A DNA stretch of 64,000 nt from an uncultured Candidatus Saccharibacteria bacterium (GCA_964487045.1 CAZAOT010000003.1:3730-67729), one strand, 5' to 3'; shown: positions 35,555-44,360, counted from the stretch's first letter. Notes: generated by a model not told the origin, from the sequence alone. Made by a program: numbers and translations.

Positions 35555-36667
35555 TTATTCGATATTCGAGCTTGTTTTTTCGGATTTTACACCCTTTAGA
35601 TCAAGCGATACAAACATAATCACCGTCAAAACAGATAGTGCTACAAGTGTGATCAATTTTATTTTTGGCTCTAAATACAAAGCCGAAAGGCCAAAAGCGA
35701 GTGAGAATAAAATAACGATAAGCAGCGTTGATTGCTGAGATAGGCCTGCTTTCAAGAATCTATGGTGTAGATGGGTTTGGTCCGAGGTTGTAAAAGGATT
35801 TTTTCCTCTAATTAAGCGTTTGGCGATCACGTATAGTGCGTCGATAATTACTAAGGCAAAGACGAGAAAGACAGTTGCTAATTTTCCTCCTGTTATGAAG
35901 GTCAAGGTAGCTAAGATTAAACCTAAAAACATACTGCCGGTGTCACCTAAAAATATCTTGGCTGGCGGTAAATTGAAGAACAAAAAGCCAAAAATCGCCC
36001 CTGCAAAGACGAGCGCCAGGGTAGCGGTGGCTGTTTGGCCCATTTGAAAACTCATGATCGCTAGAATAACCGCCGCAGTTAGACTCAAGCTTCCTGCTAG
36101 ACCATCAAGGCCGTCAATGAAGTTCGTCGCGTTTGTCAGTAGTAACACCCAGGCGATAAAGAGCAAGTCTGCCCAAAGGACAAAATGAAAAATATTTGTA
36201 CCAATTTGAACTGGCCAAGAAATAGTATTTAGATTGATTGTTAAGCCGAAGGGATTGTTGAGGTAAGTGATGCCTACTCCTGTAATTATAAGTATTAGAG
36301 CAGCAGCAATTTGGCTAAGGAGCTTGATATAGGCGGGAAGTCCCTTGAGGTCATCTAGAAGCATTACAACAGATATAAATATTGTCGCAATCAGCATGCC
36401 AAGCAAGCGCTTATCGATCGAGAGTCCAAGAATCGAATATGGAAAGCCGAAATCGGTCACGTCCTTACGAGCAAAAATGGCGTATTCGATCATAACAAGC
36501 AAAAATGATAAGACGATCGCTACTCCACCAAGGCGCGAAATTGGTTTGCTGTGGAGATCGCGTTCTCGAGGGGTTTGCATAGCAAGTTTATATTTACTAG
36601 TCAGTCGATAACTAAAGTAGGTCAATATGAGCGACAAGATGGCAGAGATCAAGAAAGCTGCGATCAT
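35555..36667 (-). CDS. Glycosyltransferase family 4 polyprenyl-phosphate sugar-1-P transferase (MraY/WecA-like)
   Basis: 370 aa polytopic protein. NFIDGLDGLA motif. Confidence 0.8.
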   Translation of the reverse strand: MIAAFLISAILSLILTYFSYRLTSKYKLAMQTPRERDLHSKPISRLGGVAIVLSFLLVMIEYAIFARKDVTDFGFPYSILGLSIDKRLLGMLIATIFISVVMLLDDLKGLPAYIKLLSQIAAALILIITGVGITYLNNPFGLTINLNTISWPVQIGTNIFHFVLWADLLFIAWVLLLTNATNFIDGLDGLAGSLSLTAAVILAIMSFQMGQTATATLALVFAGAIFGFLFFNLPPAKIFLGDTGSMFLGLILATLTFITGGKLATVFLVFALVIIDALYVIAKRLIRGKNPFTTSDQTHLHHRFLKAGLSQQSTLLIVILFSLAFGLSALYLEPKIKLITLVALSVLTVIMFVSLDLKGVKSEKTSSNIE

Positions 36668-36776
36668 TTTTTATTTTCTATTTATTATTTTCTATTGATT
36701 GGCTTAGTGACCGATTCATCTATTGCAGCGTTATGTAATAGCCATGTCCTTCCCCCTGCGCCCTACTACCTACGCC

Positions 36777-37382
36777 CTACTTTTTTACTTTTCCCCAGTC
36801 CTTGCCGTAGAAAACGTGCTCATCGATCATCTCATAGTCATAAAGTTCTTCAGGAGTAAACCAGATGGCAATCTCGGCTTCAGCTTCTTCAACTGAACCA
36901 GACGCGTGTACCAAAGAATGAATCGCGCGACCAAGCTCGTCTGACATTTCGTAGCTTTCGGTAGAATAATCGCCGCGGATTGAACCAATATCGGCAACCA
37001 GTGGGTTGGTCGCGCCAGCGGTCTTGCGACCGAGTGCGACGGCGTGAGGCCCTTCCCAGATCATAAATAAGACTGGGCGATTAGCGAGGTGATCAAGAAG
37101 CATTTGCCTGGTTCTTTTGCCAAGCTCAACCGGAGTCATGCCAGGATCGATGCCTTTGTCTTTGTAGTTATTGTAGGTCTTTGTTCCTGAAGAAAGGTAC
37201 CAAGCCTCGTCGTCAGCGTAATGCTTGCCGACTTCTTCTTCTGTTGGTGCGACCATTTTGCAGGCGACCATCTTAAGTCCGCGCTTTTCAAATTTTGAAA
37301 TAATTTCGCCCATCAATCTTCTCTGAATTGCTTCAGGCTTAATAGCGATCAATGTCTTCTCTGGTTTGTAGTTTTTCTCCAT
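36777..37382 (-). CDS. ndk: Nucleoside diphosphate kinase (long form with insertion)
   Basis: TLIAIKPEAIQRRLMGEIISKFEKRGLKMV N-terminus. NPLVADIGSIRGDY. H...ASGSVEEAEAEI active-site region. Confidence 0.8.
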   Translation of the reverse strand: MEKNYKPEKTLIAIKPEAIQRRLMGEIISKFEKRGLKMVACKMVAPTEEEVGKHYADDEAWYLSSGTKTYNNYKDKGIDPGMTPVELGKRTRQMLLDHLANRPVLFMIWEGPHAVALGRKTAGATNPLVADIGSIRGDYSTESYEMSDELGRAIHSLVHASGSVEEAEAEIAIWFTPEELYDYEMIDEHVFYGKDWGKVKK

Positions 37383-37480
37383 AAAAATCCTTTGGTAATT
37401 TCTTACTTATTGGCTAGATCTTACCATACGAAGGGATCTTTTTCAATTTTATAGCACGAGCTTGAGAATTCTCAAATTAA

Positions 37481-37553
37481 GAAATCCGAATAACGAAAAA
37501 ATTCCTAAATTATCAATTTGAGTTTTTTGTATTTGTTATTTATTCTTCATTCT
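37481..37553 (+). repeat. AT-rich intergenic repeat, copy 2
   Basis: GAAATCCGAATAACGAAAAAATTCCTAAATTATCAATTTGAGTTTTTTGTATTTGTTATTTATTCTTCATTCT. Confidence 0.7.
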
Positions 37554-37586
37554 TTTTTCTGGCTTGGTTATTATTCATGCCCAGTC

Positions 37587-37615
37587 TTGACATTTAGTGT
37601 CTTTTATGGTATATT
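37587..37615 (+). promoter_or_regulatory. Promoter of cassette D (TTGACA-N17-TGgTATATT)
   Basis: -35 at 37587-37592 and -10 at 37610-37615. SD AAAGGGGTG before ATG 37684. Confidence 0.6.
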
Positions 37616-37683
37616 ACTTCGATCGCTTGGAACTGGATTTTATCCAGCCGGCGACGCAACTACCCTAAAGGGGTGTTTCATTC

Positions 37684-38832
37684 ATGGCTAAGATGATCGG
37701 GATTGTTCGGTTGGGTGGGGAGCATCTCGTCGCTGAGGACTCAACGTTCCTCATCGGCGAGCTCAACAATGGTGACGAGGTATTCGTCGCCGGTAAGCCC
37801 CGTGGCACTGCCCGGCGCGTCGCTGAGACGCTCGGCAAGGACCAGGTCTTCCTGGTCTGCGAACTGGTCGAAAACGACCGCGGTGGCCAGAAGTATCGGG
37901 TCACCGAACCCGTGCAGGTGCTCGGGCTGGCCGAGAGCTTCGGCTCCCGCAACATGCTGCCCGCGGCTCTGCCCGGGCGCTTCGAGGGTTGGCTCGACAT
38001 GCTCCGCGACGGCAAGTTGCGGAAGGTGCGGGTCCCCGCCGATCTGGCTCTGGAAGGTCCCGCCCTCGCCCCCTCGCCGACCACCCCGCCGACCGCCCTG
38101 GGCGCCGCGCTCGGGAAGGCCGGCATGAAGGCCACCGAGGCGCCCGCCACCGAGGCGCCGCAGTCCACGCTGATCGACAGCGCGGGTGCGGCCAAGATCA
38201 TCGCGGAGGGCATCAAGGCCCTCCGGCCGGTCACGAGCGCTCTCGTCGTTACCGACCAGGAGCGCGACGCGCTCCAGGAGGCGATCGGCGCCCGCTTCCC
38301 GCGGGCGGCATTCGACTCCAGCCAGGCTGCGTCGGCCCAGGCCAACATGGAGCGCGTGCTCCAGGACGTACAGCAGCGCCGCCGCGAGGCGGCCGAGCAT
38401 TTCTTCGCCGAACTCGCGTCGTTCTGCGAGGGCAATATGGCCCTCCAGCTCGGCGTCCTCGGTGGGGATCTGCCGACGCTCAACGAGAAGGGGAACCCCA
38501 CCTGGGGCTCCACTCTCGACGAGCTCCTCGGTACCATGTCCACCGCCGAGGCTGCTGTTCTCGGCGCGACCGATCTGCCGGGCTACCCCGAGCCGGACTT
38601 GGCCCAAGGTCGTGGCGATGACCAGCCCGAACCCCCGCCGGATCCCGAGGGCGACAAGCCCGAAGACGAAGCCGAGGCCGCCACGGCCGAGGAGGGCGTC
38701 CACCCCATCGCCGCTGCCCAGGAGGGTGGCGTCAAGGCTGAGAAGGCCGCGCCCGCGACTACCAAGAAGCCGGCGGCGCGCAAGCCTCGCAAGACGGCAG
38801 CCGAGAAGGCCGCGACCGGCACCGACGGCTAG
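37684..38832 (+). CDS. Orphan protein D (382 aa), very GC-rich, with a C-terminal Ala/Pro/Lys/Glu-rich histone-H1-like tail
   Basis: About 65-70% GC by eye. All six frames are open around it, so only the promoter/SD-supported frame is called. Tail ...KAEKAAPATTKKPAARKPRKTAAEKAATG. Confidence 0.5.
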   Translation: MAKMIGIVRLGGEHLVAEDSTFLIGELNNGDEVFVAGKPRGTARRVAETLGKDQVFLVCELVENDRGGQKYRVTEPVQVLGLAESFGSRNMLPAALPGRFEGWLDMLRDGKLRKVRVPADLALEGPALAPSPTTPPTALGAALGKAGMKATEAPATEAPQSTLIDSAGAAKIIAEGIKALRPVTSALVVTDQERDALQEAIGARFPRAAFDSSQAASAQANMERVLQDVQQRRREAAEHFFAELASFCEGNMALQLGVLGGDLPTLNEKGNPTWGSTLDELLGTMSTAEAAVLGATDLPGYPEPDLAQGRGDDQPEPPPDPEGDKPEDEAEAATAEEGVHPIAAAQEGGVKAEKAAPATTKKPAARKPRKTAAEKAATGTDG

Positions 38833-38878
38833 ATCCTAGCCGGTTTCGTCCAGTAAGGAGGCTGGACACATGAACTCT

Positions 38879-38918
38879 AGAGGCGCGACGTCATTTGACG
38901 GAGCGCCTCTTTTCTTTG
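38879..38918 (+). terminator. Intrinsic terminator of cassette D
   Basis: GAGGCGCGACGTCATTTGACGGAGCGCCTC hairpin followed by TTTTCTTTG. Confidence 0.6.
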
Positions 38919-38941
38919 CCCTCTATTCGCTATTCTCTATT

Positions 38942-40213
38942 CTAGAACTTATATTCTTTGGGTCCGACAATTGTTAAAACAGCTTTTTTAGGATCAAAAA
39001 TTTCTTTAGCAATCTCCTGAACCTCTTCGGCTGTGACAGCGTCGTATTTAGAGAGCAATTCATCCGGATGCAAAATTTCCTTGTGCCAATATAATGATGA
39101 GCAAAGATAATCAGCAATTGAAAATGAGCTCTCGAGTGAACGAGTGATTGTCCCTCTTAGATTGCCCTTAGCTCGCTCTAGTTCCTCCTTGGTAATGCCC
39201 TTTTCTTTCAATTTTTCGGCCTCAGAGAGGGTGATGCGGTAAACTTCCTCCATCTGATCGGCTTTTACTCCGCCGTAGACATAATAGTTTCCAGTATCAA
39301 AATATGAGTTTATTCCTGATCCAACGTCATAAGCAAGCCCTCGCTTCTCTCTGATTTCATTGTAGAGACGACTTGATGGGCTGCCCCCGTAAATTATGTC
39401 CATGATGTTTAAGGCGAAGCGTCTTTTGTCTGCTTTCTTGAAAGAGGGGAAGCTGACGACGAAATTGGCTTGGTCGATTGATCTAACTTCTTGTTTTATG
39501 GCGCTTGCAAATGATCCTGCTTCAAATGGCGTAAAATCTTTAGGGGGTTTGGGCGGAATTTGCTCAAAATCTTTTTCTACCATTTCGATAATTGATTTGT
39601 CCTCAAGGTTGCCGCAAAGTGCGATAATCATCTGATCCGGGGCATAATGTGCTTGCCAATTTTGCATCAAGTCTTCTCTGGTTATCGAAGAAACGGTTTC
39701 TTGGGTTCCGCCTAAATCGTTGCCTAGCGGATGGTTGGGGTAAACGAGTTGTTGATTCAAGATACCTACCCAGGCTTGAGGCATATCTTTATACATTTTG
39801 ATTTCTTCCAAAATAATGCCCTTTTCCTTCTCCAGGAACTCTTCCTTAAAAGTCGGATTCTGGAAACAGTCTCTTAGGACATTGTAGCCGCGTTTGAAAT
39901 CCATCGAACAGGTCTGTAGATAAAAACGAATTGCTTCGTAGCTGGTTGAAGCGTTGTAGCCAGCCCCGATTGCATCAAATTCTTGAGTAACTTCAGCAAA
40001 GGTTTCATATTCTTTGGATCCGTTGAAAAACATATGTTCGAGAAAATGCGAGATACCGCTCTTGTCCATAGGGTCAAATCTAGCGCCGGTGCCGACTAAG
40101 ATTTGGATGGTTGTCGCTTCGGTCGAGTCCAGTGGCGCCGTAATTAAGCGGATGCCGTTTTTTAGGGTTTTGGTTTGAAAATTTATCATAAAGAAAGAAT
40201 AAAGAATAAACAA
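38942..40213 (-). CDS. M16-family zinc metallopeptidase (insulinase-like)
   Basis: 423 aa. HFLEHMFFNGS inverted zinc-binding motif (HxxEH). Confidence 0.85.
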   Translation of the reverse strand: MFILYSFFMINFQTKTLKNGIRLITAPLDSTEATTIQILVGTGARFDPMDKSGISHFLEHMFFNGSKEYETFAEVTQEFDAIGAGYNASTSYEAIRFYLQTCSMDFKRGYNVLRDCFQNPTFKEEFLEKEKGIILEEIKMYKDMPQAWVGILNQQLVYPNHPLGNDLGGTQETVSSITREDLMQNWQAHYAPDQMIIALCGNLEDKSIIEMVEKDFEQIPPKPPKDFTPFEAGSFASAIKQEVRSIDQANFVVSFPSFKKADKRRFALNIMDIIYGGSPSSRLYNEIREKRGLAYDVGSGINSYFDTGNYYVYGGVKADQMEEVYRITLSEAEKLKEKGITKEELERAKGNLRGTITRSLESSFSIADYLCSSLYWHKEILHPDELLSKYDAVTAEEVQEIAKEIFDPKKAVLTIVGPKEYKF

Positions 40214-40401
40214 GAAAGAATCAAGGAGAAAAGATGTAGAATTGTCAAATTAACAATTAAAAATGTCCAATCAATTATTAAATTCATAAATTAATAATTT
40301 GATTAATTTTCACATTAAGACATTTTTTAAAACATTCAACATTGTTAATTTGGAAATTCGTAAATATCTATTGTTAATTTATTAATTTTTGGCCCATATA
40401 C

Positions 40402-40430
40402 TTGACTTTTGGGGCGTTTTGTGGTATATT
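40402..40430 (+). promoter_or_regulatory. Promoter of cassette E (TTGACT-N17-TGgTATATT)
   Basis: -35 at 40402-40407 and -10 at 40425-40430. About 150-nt structured leader with hairpin CCCTCGC-TTGA-GCGAGGG. Confidence 0.6.
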
Positions 40431-40586
40431 ATCTTGTTCACGATTAGGAGGGGAAAGATCTCTTGGTCGAGAACGTTGACAATTCGAACCCCCTCGCTTG
40501 AGCGAGGGAGACATGCCGGACGAGGTCTCATCCTCCTCGTCATTGCAGCAGCGCTGCCGGTAACCATCACCTAGGAGGTGATTCGG

Positions 40587-41597
40587 ATGAGTAAGATCGA
40601 CCCGCGTTTCGATGGTATGGTTGTGGATTCTGTAGAGCAGGTCGGGACTGTCCCGGCTGAGCTCATCGCTGCGTTCCCGGAGCTCGGCGACGCAATGTAT
40701 TGCGTCGTTGAAATAGCCCGTGGGCAGCGCCGCAACAAGTATGTTGCGGCTGTCCGGCGCCAGTGCGCAAGCGCCGACTTCCGGGACGGCAGTGGTCCAG
40801 GCCACTGCCATTGGTTCTTTGATGCGGACTACAAGTCCGTCAAGGAGCTCGTTCGCGCGACGCGGTGGGCTATGCCCGCCGTGACCGACATGAGCACGCG
40901 CCAGCTCGGCGCACTGCTCGTTGCTGCGATCCGTCGTGGCAACTGCGAAATCGTAGTTGGCGATGTTGTTGTCGCTAGCTACGGAGGCTTCCTCGAGGAG
41001 GCCCTTCGCGAAATGGTTCGCCGCTCGCAAGCGGCGAACAGCCTCAAGGACGAAGCCAGCCGTTGGCTGGCGCAGCACTTTGAGGACGAGTCCATCGCCG
41101 TTGATGGCGGCTGGACTCACCCGGCCATTGACTGGCTGGCGTGGGTATTCGCCAGTCGTCAGCGCGAAAGCGCATTTGGCGATCTCGGTGGGGAGGCGAA
41201 CCGCTGGGTTCGGGAAACGCCCATCACGGGCGGACCTGAGCAGTGGGGCTGCCTGCGGGGTTTGCCCGCCGTACGCACCGAGGTCCGGGCATACGAAGAT
41301 CGCGGCGCGGAGCCGCAGATCTACCTCCCCAACGGGGAGAATTTCTCCGTCCGCCGCCTCATCGGCGGTGGGTACTTCCGCCTCGCGGAGGATGGGGTCT
41401 ACGACCTCTTCCTGCGCCGCGGGGCGGCGGAGATCGGTGACAAGGGCCTGATGTGGGCCCGCGTCACTGAGGACGGAAAGGTTGTCGCGGCGGTCGATCC
41501 GCTGCACAACTATGGGGGTTTGGGCGAGTTTGCCTATACCCCCCTGATGGGGCGCCTGCACAAGGCTCTCCAGGCGGCCGTTGCTGCCGAACAGTAG
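40587..41597 (+). CDS. Orphan protein E (336 aa) in a GC-rich island
   Basis: SD AGGAGG (40573-40578) then ATG at 40587. No family recognised. Antisense 395-aa ORF judged spurious. Confidence 0.5.
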   Translation: MSKIDPRFDGMVVDSVEQVGTVPAELIAAFPELGDAMYCVVEIARGQRRNKYVAAVRRQCASADFRDGSGPGHCHWFFDADYKSVKELVRATRWAMPAVTDMSTRQLGALLVAAIRRGNCEIVVGDVVVASYGGFLEEALREMVRRSQAANSLKDEASRWLAQHFEDESIAVDGGWTHPAIDWLAWVFASRQRESAFGDLGGEANRWVRETPITGGPEQWGCLRGLPAVRTEVRAYEDRGAEPQIYLPNGENFSVRRLIGGGYFRLAEDGVYDLFLRRGAAEIGDKGLMWARVTEDGKVVAAVDPLHNYGGLGEFAYTPLMGRLHKALQAAVAAEQ

Positions 41598-41603
41598 GAA
41601 GCA

Positions 41604-41660
41604 CAGGCCGGTACCGAGTTATCCGCAAGGATGACAAGGTGCCGGCCTTCTGCATTTTAT
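41604..41660 (+). terminator. Intrinsic terminator of cassette E
   Basis: AGGCCGGTACC...GGTGCCGGCCT hairpin followed by TCTGCATTTTAT. Confidence 0.55.
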
Positions 41661-41690
41661 AAACAAGAAACCTTTTTCGACCTTTCGAGC

Positions 41691-41719
41691 TTGACATTTG
41701 GCGGTATTTGTGCTATATT
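41691..41719 (+). promoter_or_regulatory. Promoter of candidate ncRNA E2 (TTGACA-N17-TGcTATATT)
   Basis: -35 at 41691-41696 and -10 at 41714-41719. Shares the 14-nt CTTGACATTTGGCG with the J promoter. Confidence 0.55.
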
Positions 41720-41725
41720 ACTCTC

Positions 41726-42082
41726 TTATGCTTCTTCAAGAAGAGTCAATCTTTTCTGAAGGGATATAAGTTCCCGATTCCAGTGGAGGGCCATCAGGAG
41801 AATGGCAGGTCGTCGGAAACGATAATCTAGCTGCTCCTCCAGTCTCGCGTTGAGACTGGAGATTAGGCCGACGCGGATGCGCGCCGGCTGTCACAGCCGA
41901 GGCTGAAGCAACCCATGAGGATTGACAAGTAATCCGACCCCGGTCGAAAGGCCATCAACAAGGTCGGATCGAGATCATGAACCATGGTTGATCATCAGCC
42001 GATTCGGCACAAAGGGAGACGCTTGCTTGACGCTTGCATCTCCCTTTTTCGTTAATCTAAAAAAGCCCTTTCGGGCTTTTCT
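41726..42082 (+). ncRNA. Candidate structured non-coding RNA (about 360 nt), promoter-to-terminator, GC-rich
   Basis: No ORF over 23 codons. Multiple perfect hairpins (CCAGTCTC..GAGACTGG, GGGAGACG..TCTCCC). Ends in terminator AAAAAAGCCCTTTCGGGCTTTTCT (42056-42082). No RNase P, tmRNA or SRP signature motifs found. Confidence 0.35.
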
Positions 42083-42151
42083 CACTACTTAGATCCTTCG
42101 ACTTTCTGAATTGCTAAATTATCAGAAGCGCTCAGGATGACCGTCCCACGG

Positions 42152-42712
42152 TCACTTAACTCGCTCTACGTATTCACCGGTTTGAGTGTTCACCTTCACT
42201 AGATCACCAGCTTTTATAAAAATCGGAGCGTTAATTCTCGCCTTTGTCTCTAATGTAACTAGTTTAGTAACGGCGCCTGCTGAATTGCCCTTGATGGCAG
42301 GAGGGGCTTCTGTAACTTCAAGATCAACCTTAAATGGCAGGCTGATATTGATCGGCTTATTATTCCACGAAAGCACATCAACCTCAACGCCTTCTTTGAG
42401 GAAATCTGCTTGAGTGCCAAGTTGCTCCTTGGAAAGCTCAAATTGCTCAAATGTAGCAGAGTCCATAAAATTAAATTTATCGCCTTCCCGATAGGTAAAA
42501 GAAGCTTTGGAGCGGGACATTTGAGCTTCATCAAACTTGTCGCTTCCCTTAAAAGTTAGGTCAAGAATCGCTCCCGTAAGAAGATTTTTTATCTTAGACC
42601 TAAGGATTGCGCCGCCTCGGCCAAGCTTTGAGTGTTCACGAAAAATTAATTGGTGAGGGGCACCATTATAAATCAAGAATGTTCCTACCTGTAAATCACT
42701 GATATTGAGCAT
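42152..42712 (-). CDS. efp: Elongation factor P
   Basis: 186 aa. KLGRGGAILRSKIKNL KOW region. Three-domain EF-P length. Confidence 0.9.
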   Translation of the reverse strand: MLNISDLQVGTFLIYNGAPHQLIFREHSKLGRGGAILRSKIKNLLTGAILDLTFKGSDKFDEAQMSRSKASFTYREGDKFNFMDSATFEQFELSKEQLGTQADFLKEGVEVDVLSWNNKPINISLPFKVDLEVTEAPPAIKGNSAGAVTKLVTLETKARINAPIFIKAGDLVKVNTQTGEYVERVK

Positions 42713-42839
42713 GTGAGTTAAATTCCTAATAACTAATTACTAATTCCTAACAAAATATTCAATGTCTCAATTTCTAATTTGGTATTGGATTTTGGGATTT
42801 TTATTAGATATTAGGAGTTAGGTCTTAGATATTCTGCTG

Positions 42840-43040
42840 TTATCTGCTGGTATAAGGAATCAGAGCCAAGAATCTTGCGCGCTTTATTGCTCTAGTCAAG
42901 TTTCTCTGGTGCTTAGAGCAGAGCCTGGATTCTTTTGAACTTTTGATTTTTCCCCAAGAGGTCATAAACTTGATCAAGTTTTGGTCCTTGTGGTCAAAGT
43001 CAATTATCTGATTTTTGCATGCATTGCATTTTCTTCTCAT
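42840..43040 (-). CDS. rpsR: Ribosomal protein S18
   Basis: 66 aa basic protein with the C...C pair at the N-terminus. rpsF-ssb-rpsR synteny. Confidence 0.85.
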   Translation of the reverse strand: MRRKCNACKNQIIDFDHKDQNLIKFMTSWGKIKSSKESRLCSKHQRNLTRAIKRARFLALIPYTSR

Positions 43041-43060
43041 AATTTAACCTTTATTTCGTT

Positions 43061-43504
43061 TTAGAATGGAATATCATCCAAATTAATATCATTTTCGTCT
43101 TTAGGAGCTTCTGATTTGGCTTTTGGCTGGTCCGATTTAGTCTCAACCTCTTCATATGAGCTAGCTCCTTCTCCTCGTCCGGATAGTCCGATAATATTTT
43201 CGGCAACTATCTCAGTTTTTTCTCTTTTGGCTCCATCTTGACCCTCCCAGTTTCTTGTCTGGAGTCGGCCTTCGACAAAGACTTTTGATCCTTTTTTGAC
43301 AATTTGTCCGGCAATTTCTCCGAGTTTGCCCCAGGCTACAATTTCGTGAAATTGAACTTCATCACGTTGTTCGCCGCTAGCATCCTTATATCTTCGATTG
43401 GTTGCGACTGCGAATGATGCGACCGATTTGCCATTAGGGGTAGTTTTTAATTCTGCATCCCTGGTGGCGTTGCCAATTACCATGGCGCGGTTTAAATTCA
43501 ACAC
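43061..43504 (-). CDS. ssb: Single-stranded DNA-binding protein
   Basis: 147 aa. OB fold. Acidic C-terminal tail ending DDIPF. Confidence 0.9.
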   Translation of the reverse strand: MLNLNRAMVIGNATRDAELKTTPNGKSVASFAVATNRRYKDASGEQRDEVQFHEIVAWGKLGEIAGQIVKKGSKVFVEGRLQTRNWEGQDGAKREKTEIVAENIIGLSGRGEGASSYEEVETKSDQPKAKSEAPKDENDINLDDIPF

Positions 43505-43519
43505 TTTTGCTCCTTTCGC

Positions 43520-44191
43520 TTACTCTTTGACTAACTCTTCTAATTTTTTATCTAATTCTTCAGCGGATACTTTTTCGGCTTTTGCTCGTGGTTTTCGTTT
43601 TGGTTTCTCGGCAACTTCTTCGATTTTAACTTCTTCTGGTTTCTCAACTTTTACCTCGGGAGATGACTCTACTACTTCGACTACTTCTTCCTCGTCCAGC
43701 GAAGCTTCAGCAGTGTTGGACTTGTCCAGCGAAGCTTCAGCGGAGTTGGATTCTACTTCTGGAGCAGCTGTAATTTCTTCAACTTTATCGGTTTTCTTAA
43801 TTTCAGGTTCAACTTCTTGGGAGATGACTACTTTCTCCTTTTTGTCGTAGTGCTCTTCCGCTCCTTCTGGCTTGATACGTGGCGGAAGGTCGATTGGTTT
43901 TCTTATTTCCTTAACGATAAGATATCTGATCAAATTCTTCTCAGCTTTAAGCTCAGTCTCGATCTCGGACAGTTTTTCTTTAGGAGCGGTAAATTCAATC
44001 GCAAAATAATTACCCGAAGTCTTCTTCTTTATCGGGTAGACAAATTGCTTAACACCAAGGTCTTGAGTAGCCTTAAGCTCGGCGCCTTCGGCGCGCAAAA
44101 TATTCTCGACTTTATCGGTTTTAGAACCTTCGTCAAGAATAAAAGTAATTTCGTACTGCTCGGTCATCGCTATCCTTTCTGGCCCCGTCAT
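43520..44191 (-). CDS. rpsF: Ribosomal protein S6 with a long acidic C-terminal extension (start possibly the ATG at 44167)
   Basis: YEITFIL...NYFAIEF S6 core in the first about 100 aa, then a Glu/Lys-rich tail of about 110 aa. Confidence 0.8.
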   Translation of the reverse strand: MTGPERIAMTEQYEITFILDEGSKTDKVENILRAEGAELKATQDLGVKQFVYPIKKKTSGNYFAIEFTAPKEKLSEIETELKAEKNLIRYLIVKEIRKPIDLPPRIKPEGAEEHYDKKEKVVISQEVEPEIKKTDKVEEITAAPEVESNSAEASLDKSNTAEASLDEEEVVEVVESSPEVKVEKPEEVKIEEVAEKPKRKPRAKAEKVSAEELDKKLEELVKE

Positions 44192-44360
44192 CTGCTTTAG
44201 CGGACTTCGGGTCTTCGTAAGCTGTGCGTTACGAAGAAAAGTTATTTTGTATGGTTATTTTAGCTTATTATCAGGTTTTTGTAAACCCCGTTAGAATCCT
44301 TGCACCCAAAAACACTCAACAATTGTGCTCTTGCTCGCTATTTTGTATCACTCATAAATC

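Noticed and set aside
37665-38839. Five overlapping ORFs (292-, 320-aa minus strand; 141-, 210-, 217-aa plus strand) across cassette D
   Set aside because: Same GC artefact. Only the frame starting at ATG 37684 has promoter and SD support. The others are Arg/Pro/Ala-rich translation noise.
40374-41561. 395-aa minus-strand ORF antisense to cassette E, plus overlapping plus-strand alternative-frame ORFs
   Set aside because: In about 65% GC DNA stop codons are rare on every frame. This ORF has no promoter or SD of its own and mirrors the SD-supported E frame. Treated as a spurious shadow ORF.
41726-42082. Identification of the E2 RNA as RNase P RNA, tmRNA, SRP RNA or 6S RNA
   Set aside because: I searched by eye for P4 strands (GGAAAGTCCGG / ACAGAACCCGGCTTA), tRNA-like acceptor/T-arm with CCA, and the SRP domain-IV GGAA/AGCAG symmetric loop. 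None was present on either strand. The same negative result holds for 58330-58640, aside from a short GGGAGACGGGCG coincidence with E. coli M1 RNA on the minus strand that is not followed by the P4 motif.
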